DNA from: Ruminococcus sp.
GTDB taxonomy: Bacteria > Bacillota > Clostridia > Oscillospirales > Ruminococcaceae
Length of the DNA stretch: 64,000 bases
Direction: 5' to 3'
Assembly (NCBI GenBank): GCA_019420505.1
Contig: JAHZHC010000016.1
Coordinates: forward strand, 3,838 to 67,837
This document shows positions 38,616 through 48,217 of this stretch, piece after piece (position 1 is the stretch's first letter; every line of letters begins with the position of its first letter). Below the pieces are notes generated by a model that did not search any database, was not told the DNA's origin, and saw only the letters and a list, made by a program, of their open reading frames with translations. The position numbers and the translations under genes were made by a program.

Positions 38616-39874
38616 AGAAAGTTTTACCTCCAAAAAATCATGAATCTGATTTTGTTTTAAGAATTCTTGCAGTAGTAATTGCAGTTATAATTTGGGTTGT
38701 TCTTTCAATAACACAATATCCAACAACGACAATTCAGATTGCAAATGTTCCTGTTGTTTTTGCCTTAGATGGTACTAAAGCTAATGATAAATCTTTATCC
38801 CCGATAAATTTACCCAATAATCTGACTGTAAATGTTGAGATAAAGGGTATGAAATATGAAATCGGAGGATATACAGAAAAAGATCTTATTGCAACTGTTA
38901 ACCTTGATCCGGTCACTAACGAAGGAACTTATTCACTTGATATAAATGTTGAATCGACACACAGCTCAGATCAATGTACAATCGTATCTGTTTCTCCGGC
39001 AACAATTGATGTTTCATTTGAAAAAATCAGCAGCAAAACCTTCGATCTCAGTACTGAGACCCCTTATGTGAGCGTAGAAAAAGGTTTAACACTTAAAGAG
39101 GTTAAGGTTTCTCCTTCTGAAATTGAAATCCAGGGAACTGAAAAAGATCTTGAAAATCTTTCTAAAGTAAGCGCAAGAGTCAAAGATTCTATGGTTTTAT
39201 CTGAAAGCACCGTAATCTCAACAAGTGATCTGTTATTTTATGATAAAAATGATAACATACTTCGTTCAGATAAATACACTGTTTTAAATAATAAGAATTT
39301 TGATGTTTTATTTTCTCTTTACAAGAAAAAAGATGCCAATTTAAAAGTTGACTTTACAGAATGTCCAGATCATTTTGATTCATCATCAATTCCTTATACT
39401 ATTTCGCCCAAAACAGTTGAAATAATTTCCCCCATTTTAGATAGTGAGACAGTTGTTGAAAAATCAATCGGTACAATTCCTTTAAATGAAATAAATTTGG
39501 ATAAAAAATTTGATTTTACTTTAAAATTAAATGATGGTGAAGAAATATTGAACGGAACAGATGAAATATCAGTTTCCTTTGATAAAACAGGATATGCATC
39601 AAAAAAATTTGCAGTTAATTCAAGCAATTTTAAAATAATTAACAGACCCACAGGTAAAAAAGTATCTGTAAAAACCGAAAAAATTTCAGGTATAACTATT
39701 ATTGGTCCCGAGTCAATAATAAGCAATATTTCGGAAAAAGATCTTACTGTTGAGATTGATTTAAATGGAACAGTAAAAAATGGCACAGTAAGCAAAAATG
39801 TTTCTGTGTATTCAAATGAATACGATAACATCTGGTGCTATGGAAAATATAAGGCAGATGTTGTCATATCATAA
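38603..39874 (+). CDS. cdaR: CdaA regulatory protein CdaR (YbbR-repeat protein)
   Basis: N-terminal TM segment plus repeated YbbR-like beta modules. It overlaps cdaA by 13 nt, the conserved synteny. Confidence 0.8.
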   Translation: MEKIKKVLPPKNHESDFVLRILAVVIAVIIWVVLSITQYPTTTIQIANVPVVFALDGTKANDKSLSPINLPNNLTVNVEIKGMKYEIGGYTEKDLIATVNLDPVTNEGTYSLDINVESTHSSDQCTIVSVSPATIDVSFEKISSKTFDLSTETPYVSVEKGLTLKEVKVSPSEIEIQGTEKDLENLSKVSARVKDSMVLSESTVISTSDLLFYDKNDNILRSDKYTVLNNKNFDVLFSLYKKKDANLKVDFTECPDHFDSSSIPYTISPKTVEIISPILDSETVVEKSIGTIPLNEINLDKKFDFTLKLNDGEEILNGTDEISVSFDKTGYASKKFAVNSSNFKIINRPTGKKVSVKTEKISGITIIGPESIISNISEKDLTVEIDLNGTVKNGTVSKNVSVYSNEYDNIWCYGKYKADVVIS

Positions 39875-39880
39875 ATTATC

Positions 39881-39917
39881 AGCGGTCTTGTTTTAAAATA
39901 CAGACCGCTTTAATTTT
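39881..39917 (+). terminator. Terminator after cdaR
   Basis: AGCGGTCT ... AGACCGCT (8-bp stem, 13-nt loop) followed by TTAATTTT. Confidence 0.55.
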
Positions 39918-39934
39918 ATTGAAAGGATCAAATT

Positions 39935-41521
39935 ATGCCGATAATTATTAATCAAATAAAAACAAATTTGAAAGCGCAAAAAAATGATGTTATAAATAAA
40001 GCTCTTAAACTTTCCGGCATCAATAACTGTGATATAAAAACCGTTGAAATTTATAAAACCTCTCTTGATGCCAGAAATCAAAATAATATTCAATTTGTTC
40101 ATTCAGTATTTGTTCAGCTTAACGAACATGATAAGGAGCAAAGCCTTTGCAACAAACATAAATCATTGAATTATATAGAAAACAGTAATATCAATCCTGT
40201 TATTTCAAATATAAAAAAAGAAGGGCGAATTGTAATTGCGGGATTTGGACCTGCGGGAATGTTCTGCGGATTAATTCTTGCAGAAAACGGATACAAACCA
40301 ATAATTCTTGAAAAAGGTCAGGATGTAGACAAGCGCACTTCTGCTGTATCGGATTTCTGGACAAAAGGGATATTGAATCCAAAGTCTAATGTGCAATTCG
40401 GCGAAGGAGGAGCAGGTACATTTTCAGACGGTAAGCTTACAACAAGAATTAAAGATCCTGCTTGCAGATATATTACTGAACGATTTGTTGAATTTGGCGC
40501 TCCCAAAGAAATACTCACCAAAGCCAAAGCTCATATCGGAACTGATAATCTTAGAAAAATAGTTAAGGAAATCAGAAAACGAATAATAAAGCTTGGCGGT
40601 GAAATAAGATTTGAAAATGAATTAATTGATTTTACAGAAGAGAATGGTATAATTAATTGTGTTAAAACAAATAATGATAATATTTCATGCTCAAATCTGG
40701 TGCTTGCAATAGGACATTCGTCAAGAAATACTTTTGAAATGCTTGCAGGCAAAGGAATTTTTCTGGAACCAAAACCGTTCTCTGTTGGTACAAGAATTGA
40801 ACATTCTCAACAATCTGTTGAAGAAAGCTTATATGGAGCAAATGCAGGAAACCCATTATTACCTAAAGGTGAATATCAACTTTCACACAGGGATAAGTCA
40901 GGGCGTGGAGTATATACATTTTGTATGTGTCCCGGCGGTGTGGTCGTTCCTGCTGCTTCTGAAGAAATGGGTGTTGTAACGAACGGAATGAGTTATTTTT
41001 CAAGAGACGGAAAAAATGCTAATGCTGCTATGGTTGTTTCAGTTACTCCAAATGATTTTGGAAAATCACCCTTGGACGGCATGAATTTTGCAAAACAGCT
41101 TGAGCAAAACGCTTATAACGCAACCGGAGGTTATACTGCTCCTGCCACAACAGTAACAGGCTTTTTGAACGAAAAACCTAATATATCATCTAACATTTCT
41201 CCTACTTATGCTTTAGGAATAAAACCAATAGAATTCAGAAGCGTTTTCCCGAAATTTGTAACAGATATGATGTCAGCAGGACTTAATGAATTTTCAAAGA
41301 AAATGAAATGCTTCAGTGACGGAAAAGCACTTTTAACAGCACCTGAAACAAGAACAAGTTCTCCTGTTCGTATTACAAGAACAGAACAACTGCATTCCCT
41401 GTCAATAAATAACTTATATCCATGCGGTGAAGGAGCAGGATATGCCGGAGGAATTATGTCTGCTGCTGCCGACGGTATAAAAACAGCTCTAAAAATAATG
41501 GAGACTCAAGCCCCACAATAA
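39935..41521 (+). CDS. FAD-dependent oxidoreductase of unknown function (COG2509-like)
   Basis: Dinucleotide fold IAGFGPAGMFCG, then GEGGAGTFSDGKL, with C-terminal YPCGEGAGYAGGI. Confidence 0.75.
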   Translation: MPIIINQIKTNLKAQKNDVINKALKLSGINNCDIKTVEIYKTSLDARNQNNIQFVHSVFVQLNEHDKEQSLCNKHKSLNYIENSNINPVISNIKKEGRIVIAGFGPAGMFCGLILAENGYKPIILEKGQDVDKRTSAVSDFWTKGILNPKSNVQFGEGGAGTFSDGKLTTRIKDPACRYITERFVEFGAPKEILTKAKAHIGTDNLRKIVKEIRKRIIKLGGEIRFENELIDFTEENGIINCVKTNNDNISCSNLVLAIGHSSRNTFEMLAGKGIFLEPKPFSVGTRIEHSQQSVEESLYGANAGNPLLPKGEYQLSHRDKSGRGVYTFCMCPGGVVVPAASEEMGVVTNGMSYFSRDGKNANAAMVVSVTPNDFGKSPLDGMNFAKQLEQNAYNATGGYTAPATTVTGFLNEKPNISSNISPTYALGIKPIEFRSVFPKFVTDMMSAGLNEFSKKMKCFSDGKALLTAPETRTSSPVRITRTEQLHSLSINNLYPCGEGAGYAGGIMSAAADGIKTALKIMETQAPQ

Positions 41522-41537
41522 AAAAGAAAGGTTTATT

Positions 41538-41999
41538 ATGAATAACAAATATTATTGCGTCAGCGGTATAGTTACAATAGATAGTAAAATTCTATTTGTT
41601 CGTCACACCTATGGAACAGCAAGAGACAGAATACTAATACCGGGCGGTTTTTGCAAAGAAAAAGAAATGCCTGAAAAGGCTATAGAAAGAGAGATTTTTG
41701 AAGAAACAGGAGTAACTTCAAAAGTTAATTCAATATTATCTGTACAATTTAAACCGGAACAATGGTGTATTATTTTTTTAATGGATTATATCTGCGGAAC
41801 ACCACATTCTGATAATTTAGAAAATAGTGAGGTTCTTTTGCTTAGTGCGGAAGAAGCGGTAAAACGCAGTAATATTACAAATCTGAGCAAAAGAATAATG
41901 GAAACCATTATTAATAATGATTTTCCAACGCTGAACAAAAGTCATTATATTTCTCAAACATCTGACCCGGATGAATACAGGATATTCGGAGTAATATAA
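41538..41999 (+). CDS. NUDIX hydrolase
   Basis: Nudix box GGFCKEKEMPEKAIEREIFEETGV. Confidence 0.8.
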   Translation: MNNKYYCVSGIVTIDSKILFVRHTYGTARDRILIPGGFCKEKEMPEKAIEREIFEETGVTSKVNSILSVQFKPEQWCIIFLMDYICGTPHSDNLENSEVLLLSAEEAVKRSNITNLSKRIMETIINNDFPTLNKSHYISQTSDPDEYRIFGVI

Positions 42000-42000
42000 C

Positions 42001-42036
42001 AAAAAACGATTTGGAAGTTTTCCAAATCGTTTTTTG
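42001..42036. terminator. Bidirectional terminator (end of the polyamine operon and of the nudix gene)
   Basis: ACGATTTGGAA-gtt-TTCCAAATCGT flanked by an A-run and a T-run. Confidence 0.75.
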
Positions 42037-42037
42037 T

Positions 42038-43168
42038 CTATAATCTTGATTTAAAATCGTCATATCCAAAGTCTTTTATTAACTTCAATTCTCCATCAAG
42101 GCTGTGAAGGTAAATTGAGGGAAGCGGCATGCCATTAAAGGTATTGTTCTTTACCATTGAGTAAATAGCCATATCTGTAAACACCAATTTGTCACCTTCT
42201 TTAAGAGGCTCGGCAAATGAGTAATCTCCGATAATATCACCTGCAAGACAAGTCGGACCTCCTAAACGATAAGTATATAGCTTTTCTCCAGCCTTTCCCG
42301 AATTCATTATAAACGGTCGGTATGGCATTTCAAGCACATCTGGCATGTGACAGGCTGCTGAAGTATCAACAATAGCTAAATGCATACCGTTTTTGCTGAC
42401 ATCAAGAACTTCGGTTACAAGGAATCCGGCATTAAGCGCAACGGCTTCTCCCGGCTCAAGGTAAACCTGAACATTATATTTATTACTTATATATTTAATA
42501 CATTCTATAAGCAAATCAATATTGTAATCATCTCTTGTAATGTGATGACCTCCGCCGAAATTTACCCACTTCATTTTATATAAATATTTTCCGAATTTCT
42601 TTTCAAAATGAAGCAGCGTTCGTTCCAACGTTTCTGCACCCTGTTCGCACATTGTATGAAAATGCAGACCCTCTATGCCTTCAAGCAATGTTTCGTCAAA
42701 CTGTTCTTCAGTAACTCCAAGTCTTGAGTTTTTTGCACAAGGATTATAAATTTCAGTTTCAATTTCCGAATACTCCGGATTCACTCTGATTCCGCAGGAA
42801 ATATTACGATCGCAGTTTTTAATTAACTCACGATATTTTTTCCATTGAAAAAAGCTGTTGAATACAATATGATCAGAAATTTTTACTAACTGCTCTATTT
42901 CATCTTTCTTATAAGCAGGTGAAAATACATGAACCTCACCTTCGAACTCTTCCCTTCCAAGCTTTGCTTCAAAAAATCCGCTTGCTGTAGTACCATCTAA
43001 ATATTTAGAAAGCAATGGATAAACAGAATACATAGAAAAAGCTTTTTGCGCTAAAAGAATTTTACAGCCGGTTGCTTTGCGAACATTATCAAGTATTTTT
43101 AAATTATTCAAAAGCAAACTTTCATCAGTTACATAACATGGTGTTTTTAATTTTGAAATATCAAACAT
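42038..43168 (-). CDS. nspC: Carboxy(nor)spermidine decarboxylase
   Basis: 376-aa alanine-racemase-fold decarboxylase. Motifs include TPCYV, FGGGHH and EPGEAV. Confidence 0.85.
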   Translation of the reverse strand: MFDISKLKTPCYVTDESLLLNNLKILDNVRKATGCKILLAQKAFSMYSVYPLLSKYLDGTTASGFFEAKLGREEFEGEVHVFSPAYKKDEIEQLVKISDHIVFNSFFQWKKYRELIKNCDRNISCGIRVNPEYSEIETEIYNPCAKNSRLGVTEEQFDETLLEGIEGLHFHTMCEQGAETLERTLLHFEKKFGKYLYKMKWVNFGGGHHITRDDYNIDLLIECIKYISNKYNVQVYLEPGEAVALNAGFLVTEVLDVSKNGMHLAIVDTSAACHMPDVLEMPYRPFIMNSGKAGEKLYTYRLGGPTCLAGDIIGDYSFAEPLKEGDKLVFTDMAIYSMVKNNTFNGMPLPSIYLHSLDGELKLIKDFGYDDFKSRL

Positions 43169-43185
43169 TAAAGTGCTCCCAGGTA

Positions 43186-43503
43186 TTACTCAGCAACAAA
43201 CTTAACAGCTGTGCCATACGCAATAACTTCAGCAGCGCCGGCAGCTATTGCAGATGAAGCATATCTTATGTTAACTACTGCATCAGCCCCATAATTCTCA
43301 GCTTCTTCAACCATTCTTTTAGTTGCAAGCGCTCTTGCTTCATTCATCATTTCATTGTATGATTTCAGTTCTCCACCAACAAGATTTTTAAAGCTTTGCA
43401 TAATATCTTTGCCGACATTTTTTGTTTGAATTGTTGAACCTTTAACCAAACCAAGCATTTCAAGTTTTTTTCCTGAAATATAATCAGTATTTACTAAGAT
43501 CAT
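43186..43503 (-). CDS. YbjQ/UPF0145 family protein
   Basis: Family-typical LEMLGLVKG...GGE...AL..M...A...GADAVVNIRY...EVIAYGTAVK. The likely start is MILVNTD at 43503. Confidence 0.75.
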   Translation of the reverse strand: MILVNTDYISGKKLEMLGLVKGSTIQTKNVGKDIMQSFKNLVGGELKSYNEMMNEARALATKRMVEEAENYGADAVVNIRYASSAIAAGAAEVIAYGTAVKFVAE

Positions 43504-43714
43504 TTTCCTCGCCCTTTCTGATTTCAATTATTCTCTGAAATAAAACTGCCAGAGAAGCAGCTGCCAAAACTGACGGAATAATAACTGCCAAAAGTCTTAT
43601 TAACAATGATGCGCCGTCAATACAAAGAAAGAATATACCGATTCCTAAATAATAAAGGCACAATATTGTTACTATTACTATGGGAGCGATCATTTTTTTA
43701 GTACTTTTTTTCAT
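43484..43714 (-). CDS. Small two-TM membrane protein, unknown function
   Basis: 76 aa with two hydrophobic helices and a charged C-terminus. It overlaps the ybjQ-like start. Confidence 0.5.
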   Translation of the reverse strand: MKKSTKKMIAPIVIVTILCLYYLGIGIFFLCIDGASLLIRLLAVIIPSVLAAASLAVLFQRIIEIRKGEENDLSKY

Positions 43715-43737
43715 ATATAACCCTACTTAATAATCTA

Positions 43738-44949
43738 TTAATCAACCAATACCGGATCAAAATTCTCTTTCCACGGAAGTCCCCATTTATTAAGTGCCTC
43801 CATAAATGGATCCGGATCAAATTCTTCAATATTATGAACGCCAGGTTTCTTCCACTTACCTGTCATAAGCATCATCGCACCGATCATTGCAGGCACTCCG
43901 GTTGTATAAGAAACAGCCTGAGAACCAACTTCTTTATAGCATTCTTCATGGTCACAAACATTATAAACATAATAATTTCTGGCCTTTCCATCTTTAAAAC
44001 CTTGAAAAATACACCCTATATTAGTCTTGCCTTTTGTTCGTGGACCAAGAGTAGCAGGATCAGGCAATACTGCTTTTAAAAACTGTAACGGAACAATTTC
44101 TTTTCCCTCAAACATAATAGGTTCAATAGAAGTCATCCCTACATTTTCAAGACATTTCAAATGAGTCAGATAACTTTGACCAAAAGTCATGAAAAATCTT
44201 ATGCGCTTAATTCCCTTAATGTTAAGTGCAAGTGATTCCAACTCCTCGTGATGGAGCAGATACATATCCTTTTCTCCTACTTCATCAAAGTCATAGACTC
44301 TCTTAATTTCCATGGGTTCAGTTTCTACCCATTCACCATTTTCTATATATGAACCCTTTGCAGAAACTTCACGGATATTAATTTCCGGATTAAAGTTCGT
44401 TGCAAAAGGATAACCGTGATCTCCTCCGTTGCAGTCAAGTATGTCAATATAATTAATTTCATCAAAATAGTGCTTCTGAGCATATGCAGAGAAAACTCCT
44501 GTTACTCCGGGATCAAAGCCCGAACCAAGCAAAGCAGTGATACCGGCTTTTTCAAATCTTTCACGATAAGCCCATTGCCATGAATACTCAAATTTTGCTG
44601 TATCCTCAGGTTCATAATTAGCAGTATCAACATAATCTACCTTACATTCAAGACAAGCGTCCATAATATGCAGATCCTGATAAGGCAGAGCCACATTTAT
44701 TACAACATCAGGTTTATATTCTTTAATTAAACTAACAAGTTCAGTGACATTATCAGCATCAACCTGAGCAGTTGTGATATTTGTGCTTGTCTTATCCTGA
44801 AGCTCAGCCTTAAATTTATCGCATTTTGATTTAGTTCTGCTGGCTATACAAATATCAGTAAACACCTCACTGTTTTGACAGCATTTATGAATAACAACTC
44901 CGGCCACTCCTCCGGCGCCTATTATCAAAGCTCTTCCCATTTTGGTCAA
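43738..44949 (-). CDS. Carboxy(nor)spermidine dehydrogenase/synthase (saccharopine dehydrogenase family)
   Basis: IIGAGGVAGVVIHKC...IASRTKSKCD N-terminus, 403 aa, adjacent to the decarboxylase. Confidence 0.85.
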   Translation of the reverse strand: MTKMGRALIIGAGGVAGVVIHKCCQNSEVFTDICIASRTKSKCDKFKAELQDKTSTNITTAQVDADNVTELVSLIKEYKPDVVINVALPYQDLHIMDACLECKVDYVDTANYEPEDTAKFEYSWQWAYRERFEKAGITALLGSGFDPGVTGVFSAYAQKHYFDEINYIDILDCNGGDHGYPFATNFNPEINIREVSAKGSYIENGEWVETEPMEIKRVYDFDEVGEKDMYLLHHEELESLALNIKGIKRIRFFMTFGQSYLTHLKCLENVGMTSIEPIMFEGKEIVPLQFLKAVLPDPATLGPRTKGKTNIGCIFQGFKDGKARNYYVYNVCDHEECYKEVGSQAVSYTTGVPAMIGAMMLMTGKWKKPGVHNIEEFDPDPFMEALNKWGLPWKENFDPVLVD

Positions 44950-44964
44950 CGTCCTTTCATATTA

Positions 44965-45816
44965 TTATCTATAAAAATAAAGCAAAATTTCTCTTAAAAG
45001 TTTACAAGCCAATGCTGTTGATGCTCCGCTTTGGTCATAAACAGGGCAAAGCTCGTTTACATCAAAACCTACAATATTTAACTTTGAAACTTCTTTTATT
45101 GCATTTAAAAGTTCAGTAAATACAACTCCACCCGCTTCAGGAGTTCCCGTTCCGGGAAATTGGGACGGATCAAGGACATCCAGATCTAAAGTAAAGTATA
45201 CCGGATTTTGCCCAATTTTTTCTACGGCCTCTTTAAGACCGTCAAAATTAAACTTTTGCATAATCGTGTGATTTTCGGCAAAATTAAATTCTTCTCTATC
45301 CCCGCTTCTGATACCAAATTGATATATCCTTCCATCTCCTAATATATCATGACATCTATGCATTACACAGGCATGAGAAAATCTTTCACCAAGATAATCT
45401 TCACGAAGATCCGCATGTGCGTCAAAATGCACAATATGAAGATTGCTGTATCTCTTTGCGGCTGCTCTGACAGATCCTAAAGTAACAAGATGCTCTCCGC
45501 CGATCATACAAGGTATTTTATTATCAGTTAAAATTTCATCAGATGCTGCTTCAATATCAGACAAAGCTTTTTCCGGGGTTCCAAAAATTAATTCTAAATC
45601 ACCGCTGTCAAATACGTTGATATCCAGCAGATCTTTATCTTGATACGGAGAATAAGTTTCAATTCCAAAGCTTTCATTTCTCATAGCAGACGGACCAAAA
45701 CGTGTTCCCGGACGAAAGCTTGTAGTGCTGTCATACGGCGCACCGAATATTACAATTTTTGAATCAACATAATCACAATCGCATCCTATAAAAGTATGAA
45801 CATTCTTATTCATCAT
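44965..45816 (-). CDS. speB: Agmatinase (ureohydrolase family)
   Basis: Mn ligand motifs HFDAHADL, GGEH and LDLDVLDP. Confidence 0.85.
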   Translation of the reverse strand: MMNKNVHTFIGCDCDYVDSKIVIFGAPYDSTTSFRPGTRFGPSAMRNESFGIETYSPYQDKDLLDINVFDSGDLELIFGTPEKALSDIEAASDEILTDNKIPCMIGGEHLVTLGSVRAAAKRYSNLHIVHFDAHADLREDYLGERFSHACVMHRCHDILGDGRIYQFGIRSGDREEFNFAENHTIMQKFNFDGLKEAVEKIGQNPVYFTLDLDVLDPSQFPGTGTPEAGGVVFTELLNAIKEVSKLNIVGFDVNELCPVYDQSGASTALACKLLREILLYFYR

Positions 45817-46654
45817 TTAAAACCTCCATAACATCATTAGGCAATGCAAAACAACCTTTATGAAGATTTGTATTATAGTATTTAGTTTTTAACTTAAATT
45901 CATTCCACTTATCTTCCTGCAAGTCATGTATAGGATGAAGATTTTTAGATGCGAAGCCAAACAGCCACTGTCCTGACGGATATGTCGGTATATGTGTCTG
46001 ATATACCATTGCAACCGGGAAAGAGCCTCCTATACGCTTATGTGTGCGTTTTACCATATCAACATAAGAATCATAATAGGTGCTCTCATGCTGATTTATT
46101 AGAATACCTTTATCAGTTAATGCTTTAAAACAGTTTCCATAAAACTCTTTTGTAAACAATCCTTCTCCAGGTCCGAAAGGATCGGTTGAATCCACAATAA
46201 TCAGGTCATAATCATTGCTTTTCTGTCTTACAAATTTAAGACCGTCAGCGATAAAAAGATTTAATCTCGGATCGTTAAAGCTGCAAGCTGTCTGCGGTAA
46301 ATATTCTTTACACACATTTACAACCTGTTCATCAATTTCGACCATATCTATTCTTTTTATGTGTTTATATCTGCAAATTTCCCGAAGTGTTCCGCCGTCT
46401 CCTGCACCAATAATAAGAACATTTTCAATTTCAGGATTCACTGCCATTGGAACATGAGTTACCATTTCGTGATATATATACTCGTCTTTCTCGGTCAGCA
46501 TAAGATAACCGTCAAGCACCAAAACACGTCCGAATTCAAATGTATCAAAAACATCTATTTGCTGATAGTAGCTTTTAGAAGAATAAAGCTGTTTTTTTAT
46601 TTTAAATGAAAACCGAACATTTTCTGTATGATTTTCGGTAAACCACAAATCCAT
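45806..46654 (-). CDS. speE: Spermidine synthase (aminopropyltransferase)
   Basis: VLVLDG, IIGAGDGG and IIVDSTDPFGP motifs. Confidence 0.9.
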   Translation of the reverse strand: MDLWFTENHTENVRFSFKIKKQLYSSKSYYQQIDVFDTFEFGRVLVLDGYLMLTEKDEYIYHEMVTHVPMAVNPEIENVLIIGAGDGGTLREICRYKHIKRIDMVEIDEQVVNVCKEYLPQTACSFNDPRLNLFIADGLKFVRQKSNDYDLIIVDSTDPFGPGEGLFTKEFYGNCFKALTDKGILINQHESTYYDSYVDMVKRTHKRIGGSFPVAMVYQTHIPTYPSGQWLFGFASKNLHPIHDLQEDKWNEFKLKTKYYNTNLHKGCFALPNDVMEVLNDE

Positions 46655-46675
46655 ATATGCTTTCCTTTCTTGATA

Positions 46676-48133
46676 TTACACAACAACATTTATATAATTA
46701 ATCTCCATATCTTCCGTTCCGGTCATAAAACAACCTTTTTCCTTGCAATACGAAATATAGTCAAGTATTTCGGCAGTTATTCTTTCTCCCGGCGCAAGAA
46801 TCGGTATTCCCGGCGGATAACACATCACAAATTCTCCGCATATCATTCCGCAGGATTTTTCTATTGCTATAGATTTTTTATTACTATAAAAAGCCTGTTG
46901 AGGCGCAAGAACAACATTGGGATTAATATATTCATGATCAAAAAGACCCGATGAATCCTTGCCATATAGTCTTTTAATTTCTGATAAAGCCGAAATAAAA
47001 CGTTCAATTTCAAGCTCTCGGTCACCGGCAGAAACTATAGCAAGGATATTTCCTATATCACCGAATTCAATCTGAATGTCGTAGTCATCCCTTAATATAT
47101 CGTAAACTTCAACACCTGCCAATCCCATTGCTCTTGTATGGACAGAAAGCTTAGTTCTGTCAAAATCAAAAATGTCTTTATGATTAATCAATTCATCAGC
47201 AAAGGCATAGTATCCGCCTATTTTATTTATTTCCTCCCTTGCATAAGAAGCATAATCAACAGTTTTTCTGAACATATCTTTTCCGTTCAAAGAAAGATTT
47301 TTTCTTGCAAGGTCAAGGGACACCATAAGAAGATATGAACCACTTGTTGTTTGAGTAAGATTAATAACCTGCCTTACATATCCTTCGGACACATTATTGT
47401 TGCAAAGTAAAAAAGAAGATTGTGTCAAAGAACCGCCGGTTTTGTGTATACTTACCGCTGCCATGTCAGCTCCTGCAGCCATAGCTGACACTGGAAGATT
47501 TTCACCAAAATAAAAATGAGTACCATGGGCTTCGTCTGCTAATACAAGCATATTATGTGCGTGGGCAATATCAGTAATTCTTCTTAAATCAGAACAAATA
47601 CCATAATATGTCGGATTATTTACAAGAACTGCTTTAGCGTCAGGATTTTGCAAAATTGCTTTCTCCACATCTTCTACAGACATACCCAATGGTATTCCAA
47701 GCTGTTTATTTGTACCCGGATTAACGTAAACAGGAATTGCACCGCAAACTACCAAGGCATTTATAGCGCTTCTGTGAACATTTCTCGGCATAATTATTTT
47801 ATCACCGGACTTGCATGATGCAAAAATCATTGCCTGAACTGCCGCTGTAGTACCGTTTACAATAAAAAATGTATGTTTTGAACCAAACGCTTGACTTGCA
47901 AGCATTTCAGCATCCTTAATAACCGAAACCGGGTGACACAGGTTGTCCAGCGGTTTCATAGAGTTTACATCGACTTTAAGACAGTCAGCCCCCAAAAAAT
48001 CCCTTAATTCTTTATTTCCTCGTCCGCCCTTATGACCCGGAACATCAAGCTGAACCACTCTGTTGCTTTTATGTTTCTTTAACGCCTCAAAAACAGGCGC
48101 ATTATTCTGAGTTAATTTCGTTTTAATTACCAC
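46676..48133 (-). CDS. speA: Arginine (Orn/Lys/Arg family) decarboxylase, fold-type I
   Basis: The PLP lysine lies in VSIHKTGGSLTQ. Its size and layout resemble Bacillus SpeA. Confidence 0.85.
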   Translation of the reverse strand: MVIKTKLTQNNAPVFEALKKHKSNRVVQLDVPGHKGGRGNKELRDFLGADCLKVDVNSMKPLDNLCHPVSVIKDAEMLASQAFGSKHTFFIVNGTTAAVQAMIFASCKSGDKIIMPRNVHRSAINALVVCGAIPVYVNPGTNKQLGIPLGMSVEDVEKAILQNPDAKAVLVNNPTYYGICSDLRRITDIAHAHNMLVLADEAHGTHFYFGENLPVSAMAAGADMAAVSIHKTGGSLTQSSFLLCNNNVSEGYVRQVINLTQTTSGSYLLMVSLDLARKNLSLNGKDMFRKTVDYASYAREEINKIGGYYAFADELINHKDIFDFDRTKLSVHTRAMGLAGVEVYDILRDDYDIQIEFGDIGNILAIVSAGDRELEIERFISALSEIKRLYGKDSSGLFDHEYINPNVVLAPQQAFYSNKKSIAIEKSCGMICGEFVMCYPPGIPILAPGERITAEILDYISYCKEKGCFMTGTEDMEINYINVVV

Positions 48134-48217
48134 CTTTTCAAATGGTGTTTATTGTTTATATATAAAAAATTTTACTTCTGCAATAACTGCACTAAAGTTA
48201 TCTTTATTATAATAACA

